This document shows positions 32,432 through 42,519 of a stretch of 64,000 nt of DNA, in pieces; position 1 is the first letter of the stretch; each line of letters begins with the position of its first letter. The stretch spans positions 8,564 through 72,563 of the forward strand of contig CANRED010000003.1 in NCBI GenBank assembly GCA_947629555.1. The letters run 5' to 3'. The translations under genes were made by a program, and so were the position numbers. This DNA comes from an uncultured Clostridia bacterium (GTDB lineage: Bacteria > Bacillota > Clostridia > TANB77 > CAG-508). The notes below the pieces were generated by a model that saw only the letters and a program-made list of their open reading frames with translations, did not search any database and was not told the origin of the DNA.

Positions 32432-34606
32432 ATGCAAAAGAAAAACCTACAAATTCTAGGTAAAAAATCAATTAGTATAATGTTAATAATAATTATAATA
32501 TATACATTAATAAATGCACTAATAGGACATGCTTCTTACGCATTATCACAAACAAGAAATGTAGATGTAAATAATATATATAATATTGATGAAAACGCAT
32601 ATCCTGGATATGCAAGTTTATTACAAAATTTAAAAAGTACACATCCAAATTGGACTTTTACTCTATTTTATACAGATTTAGAATGGATAGATGTATTAAC
32701 AAATGAAACAATAGTTAATCACAGTAGAAGTTTAGTCCAAGGGAAAACTGGAGAATGGTTATGTACAGATCCTGGATGCGTTGATATACCTCGTGATGGT
32801 TCTTCATGGTTTGGAGCATCACAAACAGCAGTTGCGTATTATATGGATCCAAGAAATTTCTTAACAGAAGATAAAATTTTTCAATTTGAAACCTTATCAT
32901 ACATACCATCAATACATACGGAAGCTGGAGTAGAAGCAATACTTTCTGGAAGTTTTATGTATAATAAAAAAATAAATGAGTATTATAATAATGAAAGCTA
33001 TGGAGAAAAAACATTTGCACAAGCAATTATGAGTGCGGCAGAGGCATCAGGAGTAAGCCCATATCATATAGCATCAAGAATAAGACAAGAAGTTGGAGCT
33101 AATGGTAGTGGTTCATCAAGTGGTAAAGTAAGTGGATATGAAGGATATTTTAATTTTTATAATATAGGTGCTTATGCAGGTTCAAATGCTGTAATAAATG
33201 CTTTGATATATGCACAAAATAATGGATGGAATACCCCAGAAATATCAATAATAGAAGGAGCAAAGTGGATTGCAAAAAATTATATATCAATAGGACAAGA
33301 TTGCTTATATTTACAAAAATGGGATGTAGCTAATCAGGAAGGATTGTATGGTCATCAGTATATGCAAAATATACAAGCACCAACAAGTGAATCTTCTACA
33401 GCGTACACAGGATATAAAGCTATTTTTAATAATGATTTAACAAATACGAGTTTTAATTTTGTAATACCAATGTATAAAAATATGCCAAAAACAATATCAA
33501 GGTATCCAAGCAGTTCAACTTATGTTTCACAGTATGCTCAAATAAGAGATGTATTAGGGGTTGGGGTATTCATTAGAAAAACACCAAGTACAGAAGGAGA
33601 AAAAATAGGACTTTATTATAATGGACAACAACTTTTAAGAATTGAATTAAAAGCTTCAAAAGAAGGCGGAAATATTTGGGATAAAGTTATGTTACCAGAT
33701 GGAACAATTGGATATGTTGCAACTCAATACGTTATAGAAAAAATTACAAGAGATGAAATTTCACAAGAGTCATATATTAATTCTAGTGTTGAATTATTAA
33801 ATGGTCCAAGAACTACTACAAATGGTACAGTAGCTATTAGAACATTATATGCTGGTCAATCAGTAACAATAGTAGAGGCTGGAAAATATAATTTTGATGA
33901 TATAATATGGTATAGAGTAAAATTGGCGGATGGAACAGTTGGGTATATCCCAAATAATTACGTAACAGAAGGAACGTTTGGAGAAAAGGTAACAATAACT
34001 TGCAATACTGAATTAGCATTAAGATCATCACCATCAGGTAATATAATAAGATATATAAATCCAGGAGTTGTAGTAAATAGAATAGAAATGGCAACAGAAC
34101 AAATAGGTGGATATTATTGGGACAAAGTAATAACAGATGACGGAACTGTTGGATACATGGCGAGAGAAAGATATAATCCTTATGCATTATGGTTAACACC
34201 AGTAAATGGTGGTACAACAGAGCCACAACCACCAGTAGAAGACGATAAAGTAAAACTAGACGAAACAACTAAAGAAGTAAAGACAATACCACAAGCAACT
34301 TTTTCAGATATAAAAGAAAAATATAAAAATGTTACATTAGTATCTGGAACAGAAAAATTAGAAACAGGTGCAGTAATAAATATTGATGGAGTAGAATACA
34401 CAATAATAAAACTTGGAGATATAAGCAAAGATGGAATAGTAGATGCAAGAGATGCTTCAAGAATATTAAATTATGCAGTCGGTTCATTTGAAATACAAGA
34501 TAATTTATTATCTGCTACAGATGTAAGCAAAGATGGAATAGTAGATGCAAGAGATGCTTCAAGAATATTAAATTATGTGGTTGGTAACTATTCTATCGTT
34601 TTATAA
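32432..34606 (+). CDS. Secreted cell-wall hydrolase (glucosaminidase-like) with SH3b repeats and C-terminal dockerin-like domain
   Basis: YYMDPRNFL, SPYHIASRIRQE, YFNFYNIGA, HQYMQNIQAP; WDKV..PDGT.GY repeats; duplicated D(I/V)SKDGIVDARDA. Confidence 0.85.
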   Translation: MQKKNLQILGKKSISIMLIIIIIYTLINALIGHASYALSQTRNVDVNNIYNIDENAYPGYASLLQNLKSTHPNWTFTLFYTDLEWIDVLTNETIVNHSRSLVQGKTGEWLCTDPGCVDIPRDGSSWFGASQTAVAYYMDPRNFLTEDKIFQFETLSYIPSIHTEAGVEAILSGSFMYNKKINEYYNNESYGEKTFAQAIMSAAEASGVSPYHIASRIRQEVGANGSGSSSGKVSGYEGYFNFYNIGAYAGSNAVINALIYAQNNGWNTPEISIIEGAKWIAKNYISIGQDCLYLQKWDVANQEGLYGHQYMQNIQAPTSESSTAYTGYKAIFNNDLTNTSFNFVIPMYKNMPKTISRYPSSSTYVSQYAQIRDVLGVGVFIRKTPSTEGEKIGLYYNGQQLLRIELKASKEGGNIWDKVMLPDGTIGYVATQYVIEKITRDEISQESYINSSVELLNGPRTTTNGTVAIRTLYAGQSVTIVEAGKYNFDDIIWYRVKLADGTVGYIPNNYVTEGTFGEKVTITCNTELALRSSPSGNIIRYINPGVVVNRIEMATEQIGGYYWDKVITDDGTVGYMARERYNPYALWLTPVNGGTTEPQPPVEDDKVKLDETTKEVKTIPQATFSDIKEKYKNVTLVSGTEKLETGAVINIDGVEYTIIKLGDISKDGIVDARDASRILNYAVGSFEIQDNLLSATDVSKDGIVDARDASRILNYVVGNYSIVL

Positions 34607-34628
34607 AATAAAAAAGAAGGAAGGTAAA

Positions 34629-36284
34629 ATGATGAAAAAGAAATTATTAACAATGATACTACTTGCTTTTACATTAGTATGCCTTAATGCAGTAATATCA
34701 TATGGTTCAATAAGTGCAACATCAGCGACAATAAATTCTGGAGAAAATGTTACAATATCAGTTTCTTCTGCAGAACTTTTAGGAGCGTATACAATTCAAG
34801 TTACAGATAATGGAGGACTAACATTTGTTAGTAGTACAGCTCCCGCAGGATTTGCTGCTAACGGAACCAAAATTAGTGGAGCATCAGTTAGTGGAGTTAC
34901 TAATTTAGGAAGTTTTACATTTAAAGCACCGAGTGTTACTAAAGATGCAACCTACTATGTTAAAATTACATCATCAGGGACAGAAGGACCAGCTCCTACT
35001 TATGCAACTGTTAATCCTTCAACTGCAACTGCAACAGTTACAGTAAAAGCACCAGTACAACCTTCACCAGTAACACCACCTTCAAAAGCACCAGAACCAA
35101 CATTTTCAAGTGTAAATCAAACTGTATATGCAACAACAGAAGTAAATATTAGAAGTAGTTATAGTAAAAGTAGTTCAAAAATAGGCTCACTTCAAAAAGG
35201 ACAAAGTGTAACAAGAACAGGAATTGGAAGTAATGGATGGAGTAAAGTAAGCTATAATGGACAAACTGGATATATTGATTCAAAATTTTTAACAACAACA
35301 AAGCCAGCAGAACCATCAACACAACCATCAACTGCACCAGAAACGACAAAATCAAGTGATGCAACATTAAAAAGTTTATCAATAACAGATGTTGAGATTA
35401 CACCAGCATTTGATTCTTCAATAACAAGTTATACTGCAACAATAGGAGAAGACATAACAGAGGTAGAAGTTAGTGCACAAACAACTAACGAAAATGCAAA
35501 ATTCGAAATAGTAGGAAATACAGATTTGCAAGATGGAGAAAATATAGTAACAATATCTGTTACTGCAGAAGATGGAACAGTTAATACTTACGAAATAAAA
35601 CTAATTAAAGGTGCAAATATTCCACTAAATGTATTTACAGTGGAAGGGATAAAAGAAAATGATGAAAGAATAGATATAGAACTTGGAGAACCTATTATTA
35701 CAGATAATATTGTAGAATATACAATAAATTTAACTGAATATTTAAAATCAATAAATATATTGGGAACTTTAGATAGTGATTTAAATCAATATGAAGGATT
35801 AGGTTTATTTAATTTAGAGATTGGAGAAAATAGATATACAGTAACACTAACATTAGAAGCACAAGAAGGAGAAGAACCAAAAACTATCGAATATAGATTA
35901 ACAATAAATAATCCAGAAAAAATTGTAGTAGCAGATACTGTAGAAAAACAGAATTATAATCTTATAATTATTATTGCAATAATCGCCATAATAACAATTG
36001 CAGGAATAACTTTTGCAGTATTATACTATAAAAAACAAAATCAATTAGAATATGCAGAACCAGATTATGCTTTCTTAAGAGATGATGAAAATATACAAAC
36101 AAAAGAACAAGAAAGAGAACAGTCAAAGATTGAACAAGAAAAAATAAAAAATGAAGAGAATGCTATATCAGAAGAAAACAATACTATAGAGGATAATGAA
36201 GAAAACAATGAAAATAATATAGTAGATGATGAAGAAAATGATGATAATTCTGGAGAAAAAAGAAAAGGCGGAAAACACTTTTAA
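34629..36284 (+). CDS. Surface protein: possible cohesin-like domain, SH3b, cadherin-like beta-sandwich, TM, acidic tail
   Basis: Signal peptide; VNIRSSYS...GWSKVSYNGQTGYI; SSDATLKSL...ITPAFD...GENIVTISVTAEDGT; TM near aa 460. Confidence 0.8.
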   Translation: MMKKKLLTMILLAFTLVCLNAVISYGSISATSATINSGENVTISVSSAELLGAYTIQVTDNGGLTFVSSTAPAGFAANGTKISGASVSGVTNLGSFTFKAPSVTKDATYYVKITSSGTEGPAPTYATVNPSTATATVTVKAPVQPSPVTPPSKAPEPTFSSVNQTVYATTEVNIRSSYSKSSSKIGSLQKGQSVTRTGIGSNGWSKVSYNGQTGYIDSKFLTTTKPAEPSTQPSTAPETTKSSDATLKSLSITDVEITPAFDSSITSYTATIGEDITEVEVSAQTTNENAKFEIVGNTDLQDGENIVTISVTAEDGTVNTYEIKLIKGANIPLNVFTVEGIKENDERIDIELGEPIITDNIVEYTINLTEYLKSINILGTLDSDLNQYEGLGLFNLEIGENRYTVTLTLEAQEGEEPKTIEYRLTINNPEKIVVADTVEKQNYNLIIIIAIIAIITIAGITFAVLYYKKQNQLEYAEPDYAFLRDDENIQTKEQEREQSKIEQEKIKNEENAISEENNTIEDNEENNENNIVDDEENDDNSGEKRKGGKHF

Positions 36285-36317
36285 AATACAAAAGAAAAGG
36301 CGATATAATGTATTATC

Positions 36318-36343
36318 GTAGAGGGCGCATAATAAGCGCCCTT
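36318..36343 (+). repeat. GTAG-type REP-like palindrome
   Basis: GTAG-AGGGCGC-ataataa-GCGCCCT. Confidence 0.6.
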
Positions 36344-36375
36344 TGCTATGTATTAAAAAATATGGGGGCAGTTTT

Positions 36376-39205
36376 ATGAACAATGATAAAATAATAATAA
36401 AAGGTGCAAAAGTACATAACTTAAAAGATATTAATTTAGAGATACCAAGAGATAAATTGGTAGTTGTAACAGGTCTTTCTGGTTCACGGAAAATCATCAT
36501 TAGCATTTGATACTTTATATGCAGAAGGACAAAGAAGATATGTAGAAAGTTTATCTTCTTATGCCCGTCAATTCCTAGGATTAATGGAAAAACCAGATGT
36601 AGAATTAATAGAAGGATTATCTCCAGCAATTTCAATAGATCAAAAAACAACATCAAGAAATCCACGTTCAACAGTTGGAACAGTTACAGAAATTTATGAT
36701 TATATACGTTTACTATACGCACGAATTGGTGTACCATATTGCCCAAATTGTGGCAAAAAGATAGAAAAACAAACTTTGGACCAAATTGTAGATACGATAA
36801 TGGAATTAGACGAAGGAACAAAAATTCAAGTATTATCTCCAGTAGTAAGAGCAAGAAAAGGAGAATATAAAAAATTATTAGAAGACTTTTCAAAAGAGGG
36901 ATTTGTAAGAGCAAGAATTGACGGAGAAATAGTAGAATTAACAGATGATATTGAAATAGATAGAAAGAAAAAACACAATATAGAAATAATAGTAGACAGA
37001 TTAGTAGTAAAGCCAGATATAAGAAATAGATTAGCTGAATCTGTTGAAACCGCAATGAAATATGCAAATAGCTTAGTATTAATAGATATATTGGGACGTG
37101 AAGAAAAACTATTTAGTGGAAATTATGCATGCCCAGATTGCGGAATAAGTTTTGAAGAATTAACACCTAGAATGTTTTCATTTAATAACCCAATGGGAGC
37201 ATGCCCAAAGTGTACAGGTATTGGATATTTAATGAAAATGGACGAAGATTTAATAATACCAGATAAAAATAAAACTTTATATGATGGAGTAAAAGCTTTT
37301 GGAGCAAGCACAATGAAACGTGGAGATACAATGGCTAAAATGTATTTTGAAAGTATTGGAAGACATTATGGAGTTGACATATCTAAGCCTATAAAAAAAT
37401 TACCAAGAGAATTTTTAGATAAAATATTATATGGAACTGGTGATGAAAAAATAGACTTTGAATATGAGTCTGCTGCAGGAATTAGAAAATTTACTGCTCC
37501 ATTTGAAGGGGTAATTCCAACATTGCAAAGAAGATATAATGAAACCAAATCTGCAGGAATGAAAGAATTTTATGAATTATACATGAGTAATAGCGATTGT
37601 GATGAATGTCATGGAGCAAGGCTAAAAAAAGAAGTTTTATCAGTAAAAGTAGGAGATAAAAACATAAATGAATTGACAGATATGCCAATAAACAGGATAA
37701 AAGATTATATAAATTCATTAGAATTAAGCAAAAAAGACAAAATGATATCAGATCAAATTTTTAAAGAATTAAATCAAAGATTACAATTTTTAATGGATGT
37801 AGGATTAGAATATTTAACATTATCTAGAGCTGCGGGAACATTATCAGGAGGAGAAGCACAGCGTATAAGACTTGCAACTCAAATAGGTTCAGGATTAACT
37901 GGCGTGTTGTATATATTAGACGAGCCAAGTATAGGATTACATCAAAGAGATAATGACAAATTACTTGCAACATTAAAAAAATTAAGAGATTTAGGAAATA
38001 CTTTAATTGTAGTAGAACATGATGAAGATACAATGTATGCCGCAGATCAAATAATAGATATAGGACCAGGAGCAGGAGTTCATGGAGGAAATGTTATAGC
38101 ACAAGGAACGGCTGATGAAATAAAATTAGTACCTGAATCTATAACTGGTCAATATTTAAGTGGAAAAAGAAAAATTGCTGTTCCAAAGGTAAGAAGAAAA
38201 CATACCAAAAAATTTATTGAAATTATAAATGCTACACAAAATAATTTAAAAGGAATCAATGTTAAATTTCCATTAGGTTTATTCACATGTGTTACAGGAG
38301 TTTCAGGATCTGGAAAAAGTACATTAGTAAATGAAGTGTTATATAAATATATAGCAAAAGAATTAAATGGTTCAAATGAAAAACCTGGTAAATGCGAAAA
38401 AATTATAGGATTAGAAAATATTGATAAAATAATAAACATAGATCAATCACCAATAGGAAGAAGCCCTCGTTCTAATCCGGCAACATATACAGGTGTTTTT
38501 GATATGATAAGAGATATTTTTGCAGGAACAAATGAAGCAAAATTAAGAGGGTATCAAAAGGGAAGATTTAGTTTTAATGTGCCAGGAGGAAGATGCGAGG
38601 CATGTTCTGGAGATGGTATATTAAGAATAGAAATGCATTTCTTACCAGATATATATGTACCATGCGAGGTATGTAAAGGAAAAAGGTATAATCATGAAAC
38701 TTTAGAGGTAAAATATAAAGGAAAAAGCATAGCAGATGTATTAGATATGACAGTTGAAGAAGCTTTAGATTTCTTTAGTAATATACCAAGAATAAAACAA
38801 AAAATACAAACTTTGTATGATGTTGGATTAGGATATATAAAACTTGGACAACCATCAACCACATTATCAGGGGGAGAAGCACAAAGAGTTAAACTTGCAA
38901 CAGAATTATCAAAAAGACCTACTGGAAAAACTTTATATATATTGGATGAACCAACAACAGGATTGCATATAGCAGATGTTCATAGATTAGTAGATATACT
39001 ACACAGATTAGTAGATACAGGAAATAGCATAATCGTTATAGAACATAACTTAGATTTAATAAAAACAGCAGATTATATAATAGATTTAGGACCAGAAGGT
39101 GGAGAAAAAGGTGGAGAAGTAATAGGAGTAGGTACTCCTGAACAATTAGTAAAAAATGATAAATCTTATACAGGAAAATTCCTAAAAAAATATCTAGATA
39201 ATTAA
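36376..39205 (+). CDS. uvrA: Excinuclease ABC subunit A with +1 frameshift at CGG 36487 inside Walker A
   Basis: [17 protein letters not shown]...TGLSGS, then +1 frame [23 protein letters not shown]; 942 aa joined; two LSGGEAQR motifs. Confidence 0.95.
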
Positions 39206-39235
39206 CAAACTTATTACTATTTCGTACTTTTAATT

Positions 39236-39283
<48 letters not shown>

Positions 39284-39284
<1 letters not shown>

Positions 39285-39348
39285 GTTGCACTACATAAGT
39301 AGTGCAACACTTATGTAGTGCAACACTTATGTAGTGCAACACTTATGT
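39284..39348 (+). repeat. 16-bp unit in three tandem copies preceded by one inverted copy
   Basis: TGTTGCACTACATAAGT then AGTGCAACACTTATGT x3 (39301-39348). Confidence 0.9.
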
Positions 39349-39423
39349 ATGAATCTTAATTAGTATCTCCATAAATAAAAAAAGCAACTTACGGAGATAC
39401 TAATAAAATTCTAAAATTATAAA

Positions 39424-39516
39424 CTATTTGCAGTTATTATTTTTGCTGTTGTTATTATTGTTGTTTTGATTGTTGTTATTATTGTTTTTGTTATTATTTT
39501 TTTCATTTCTTTCCAT
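39424..39516 (-). CDS. 30-aa Asn-rich peptide
   Basis: AGGAGGTG RBS; MERNEKNNNKNNNNNNQNNNNNNSKNNNCK; downstream hairpin 39359-39404. Confidence 0.65.
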   Translation of the reverse strand: MERNEKNNNKNNNNNNQNNNNNNSKNNNCK

Positions 39517-39635
39517 TCACAAGCACCTCCTTGCTTAAAAATAGTATGAGTAATTTTTTCGTTTTTATGTATCATTTGCAAAAAATAAAAAAAGTGGTAT
39601 AATTATATGTATATTTTTATAAAGGAGTGCTTAAA

Positions 39636-39809
39636 ATGGATGAAAACGAAATGAGTACCATCGAATGGCGGTTTAATTCTATCACAGAAAATTCTTTGTT
39701 TTCGGAATTAATTAAAATTTTCTTAAATCAAGGTTATGTGGTAAAATATATTGGCGTTGAAAGTGATGGTATTTACGTTGTAAAATTTTGCAAAACAAAT
39801 TCAACGTAA
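39636..39809 (+). CDS. Small orphan protein (57 aa) containing one in-frame CGG
   Basis: TTGCAA...TGGTATAAT promoter, AAGGAG RBS, terminator AAACCGTTCAA/TTGAACGGTTT. Confidence 0.55.
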   Translation: MDENEMSTIEWRFNSITENSLFSELIKIFLNQGYVVKYIGVESDGIYVVKFCKTNST

Positions 39810-39929
39810 AAAAACAGCTTAAGTACGGAAACCGTTCAATTAATTTGAACGGTTTTTTTAACTTTTTGTATCAAAAAATGTATAATTGAATAAAGTAATA
39901 TTGTATAATAAAATAAGAAGGAGAAAGAT

Positions 39930-41324
39930 ATGTTAAATGAAAAATTAATAGAGTTTAATAATTACATAAGGAATAGAAGAGTTGCTTTACTAGGAATTGG
40001 AGTAAGCAATATTTCATTAATAGATTATTTACACAAACATAATGCAGAAGTAACACTATTCGATAAAAGAGAAGAAGATAAAATAGATAAAACAATAATC
40101 GAAAAAGTAAAAGATTATGGAATGAAATTATCTTTAGGAAATGATTACTTAGAAAGATTAAAACACTTTGAAATAATTTTTCGTTCACCAAGCATACGAC
40201 CAGATATACCAGAAATTATTAGTGAACTAGAAAAAGGAGCAATACTAACCTCTGAAATAGAGCTAGTTGTAGAAATGTGCCCAGGAACAGTTATAGGAGT
40301 AACTGGAAGTGACGGAAAAACAACAACTACTAGTTTAATATATGAAATATTAAGTCAAAGTGGTAAAAAGTGTTACGTTGGAGGAAATATAGGTATACCA
40401 TTATTTCCAAAATTGGAAGAAATGAGAGAAGACGATTTTGTTGTATTAGAATTAAGCAGTTTTCAATTAATGACAATGAAAATAAGTCCTCAAATTGCTG
40501 TAATAACAAATATAACACCAAATCACTTGGATATACATAAATCTTATGATGAATATATAGAGGCAAAAACAAACATATTCAAGTATCAAGATAGAACAGG
40601 AATATTAATTACAAATTATGATGATGAAATAGCAAGAAATCTTGCAAAAAGAGCTAATGGAAAGGTAATTTATTTTAGTAGTAAAGAAAAAATTCCAACA
40701 GGAATAATTATAGATGATGGAGTAATTAAAATTTCAGAAGATGGTTTAAGAAGACATGTATTAAATACAAAAAACTTAAATTTACGAGGTATGCATAATT
40801 ATGAGAATGTATGTGCAGCAATAGGAGCAACTAAAACAATTACATCAGTTGAAAATCAAGCAAAAGCTATAAAGGAATTTAGAGGAGTAGAACACAGATT
40901 AGAATTCATTAGAAAAATAGATGATATAAAATGGTATAATGATTCAATCGGTTCAAGTCCAACAAGAACAATAGCTGGATTAAATTCTTTTGATGAAAAA
41001 ATTGTATTAATAGCAGGAGGATATGATAAACATTTAGATTATGAGCCAATAGCAAAACCTATTGTACAAAAAGTTTCATCATTAATATTAATGGGTCAAA
41101 CTGCAGAGAAAATAGAAAAAGTAGTAAGAGAAGAACTAAAAATACAAGGAAAAACGATGAATATTTATAGAGTAAATACTTTAGAAGAAGCAGCTAGGAC
41201 AGCAAAACGAATAGCAAAATTAGGAGAAATCGTTTTACTTTCACCTGCAAGTGCAAGCTTTGATATGTTTAAAGATTTTGCAGAAAGAGGAAATAAATTT
41301 AAACAAATAGTTCAAGAAATGTAA
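39930..41324 (+). CDS. murD: UDP-N-acetylmuramoyl-L-alanine--D-glutamate ligase
   Basis: VTGSDGKTTT, ELSSFQL, NHLD, EHRLE, NDS, LSPASASFD. Confidence 0.96.
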   Translation: MLNEKLIEFNNYIRNRRVALLGIGVSNISLIDYLHKHNAEVTLFDKREEDKIDKTIIEKVKDYGMKLSLGNDYLERLKHFEIIFRSPSIRPDIPEIISELEKGAILTSEIELVVEMCPGTVIGVTGSDGKTTTTSLIYEILSQSGKKCYVGGNIGIPLFPKLEEMREDDFVVLELSSFQLMTMKISPQIAVITNITPNHLDIHKSYDEYIEAKTNIFKYQDRTGILITNYDDEIARNLAKRANGKVIYFSSKEKIPTGIIIDDGVIKISEDGLRRHVLNTKNLNLRGMHNYENVCAAIGATKTITSVENQAKAIKEFRGVEHRLEFIRKIDDIKWYNDSIGSSPTRTIAGLNSFDEKIVLIAGGYDKHLDYEPIAKPIVQKVSSLILMGQTAEKIEKVVREELKIQGKTMNIYRVNTLEEAARTAKRIAKLGEIVLLSPASASFDMFKDFAERGNKFKQIVQEM

Positions 41325-41404
41325 CAAAAATATAATCTTCTAAATAATATATATTATTATTGTTATTGTAACTCACACAATAAATTTTATTTAGGAGGTA
41401 ATTT

Positions 41405-41911
41405 ATGTATTATCAAAACTATGAAGACTATATGAGAGCAGTTTTAGGTTATGCAAACAATGAACCAAATTATACATATGATAGTTATTACCCAAGAGTA
41501 GAACAACCACAATATAATGAAGTAGAAAATCTATATCCAGATATATATAGAATAATAAATCCAGTTATAGATGATGTATGTGATAAAAATAGAAACAAAC
41601 CAATAACCGATGAATTATTAAAAACCATGACAGAAGAAGTATATAATAATGTAGAAAAAAATCCACAGTTACAAGTAAATGTTCAAGTAAAAACAGAGCT
41701 AAAAAATGGTGATGTAAGAAACCCAAATGCAAAAGTAAGTGAAACAAGGCAAAGAAATTTTTTACTTAACGATTTAATAAGAATATTGATAATTAAAAAT
41801 TTGTTAGGGAATAGGCCACCAATGAGACCACCATATCCAGGCCCACGTCCGCCTTATCCTGGACCAGGTCCACGACCACCTTATCCAAATCCAAGAACAC
41901 CAATAATGTAA
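41405..41911 (+). CDS. Hypothetical protein with Pro-rich C-terminal repeats (probably spore associated)
   Basis: LYPDIY, LNDLIRILII, RPPYPGP repeats. Confidence 0.7.
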   Translation: MYYQNYEDYMRAVLGYANNEPNYTYDSYYPRVEQPQYNEVENLYPDIYRIINPVIDDVCDKNRNKPITDELLKTMTEEVYNNVEKNPQLQVNVQVKTELKNGDVRNPNAKVSETRQRNFLLNDLIRILIIKNLLGNRPPMRPPYPGPRPPYPGPGPRPPYPNPRTPIM

Positions 41912-41971
41912 AATGATGTATAAATTCTTCCATTATGTGAAATAATAACCACAGAAATGGAGGAATTTTTT

Positions 41972-42415
41972 ATGAAAGTTAATGAATGTATGTGTACAAA
42001 CGTAATATGTGCAAACACAGATACAACAGTATATGATGTTGCCAAATTAATGTCAGAAAATCATGTGGGATGTATACCAATATGTGACTTCAACAAAAAT
42101 GTTGTAGGCTTAATAACAGATAGAGATATTACTTTAAGAACTGTTGCATGCGGTAAAGATGCAAATACCACAAAGGCAAGCGATATAATGACAACAACAG
42201 TGTACAAAGTAAATCCAACAGCAGATGTATCAGAAGCAAGTAAAATGATGTGTGACTGTCAAATAAAAAGAATACCAGTAATAGAAGGAAATACTATAGT
42301 TGGAATAATAACATTAGGAGATTTAGCAAATAATGACCAAGTAAATCAAACAGAAGTATCAAACACAGTAGAAGGAATTTGCAATTGCAAAGGCAATACG
42401 AAAAATAATATGTAA
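41972..42415 (+). CDS. CBS-domain protein (YhcV-like)
   Basis: GLITDRDI, IKRIPV, GIITLGDLA. Confidence 0.88.
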   Translation: MKVNECMCTNVICANTDTTVYDVAKLMSENHVGCIPICDFNKNVVGLITDRDITLRTVACGKDANTTKASDIMTTTVYKVNPTADVSEASKMMCDCQIKRIPVIEGNTIVGIITLGDLANNDQVNQTEVSNTVEGICNCKGNTKNNM

Positions 42416-42519
42416 TAAGTAATTAAAATCTAATAAAATATATACATTTTATTTTGTATACATATTTGTATATGAATAAATAAAAAAATATATTCATATA
42501 ATAATATAGGTGATAAAAT

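Noticed and set aside
4505..36487. Simple reassignment of CGG to another amino acid
   Set aside because: Triplet reading of CGG runs into a stop within 1-13 codons at all five sites; only a frame change restores the proteins.
15228..36487. Homopolymer sequencing error or classical slippery-site frameshift
   Set aside because: At four of five sites the extra C follows an A and is not in a run; the many long A/T runs in the window show no breaks; the upstream codons share no slippery motif.
4415..39205. Calling the four split genes ordinary pseudogenes
   Set aside because: Each has only +1 lesions at the same codon and is otherwise intact with all catalytic motifs; random decay would give mixed lesions. 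Not fully excluded without comparative data.
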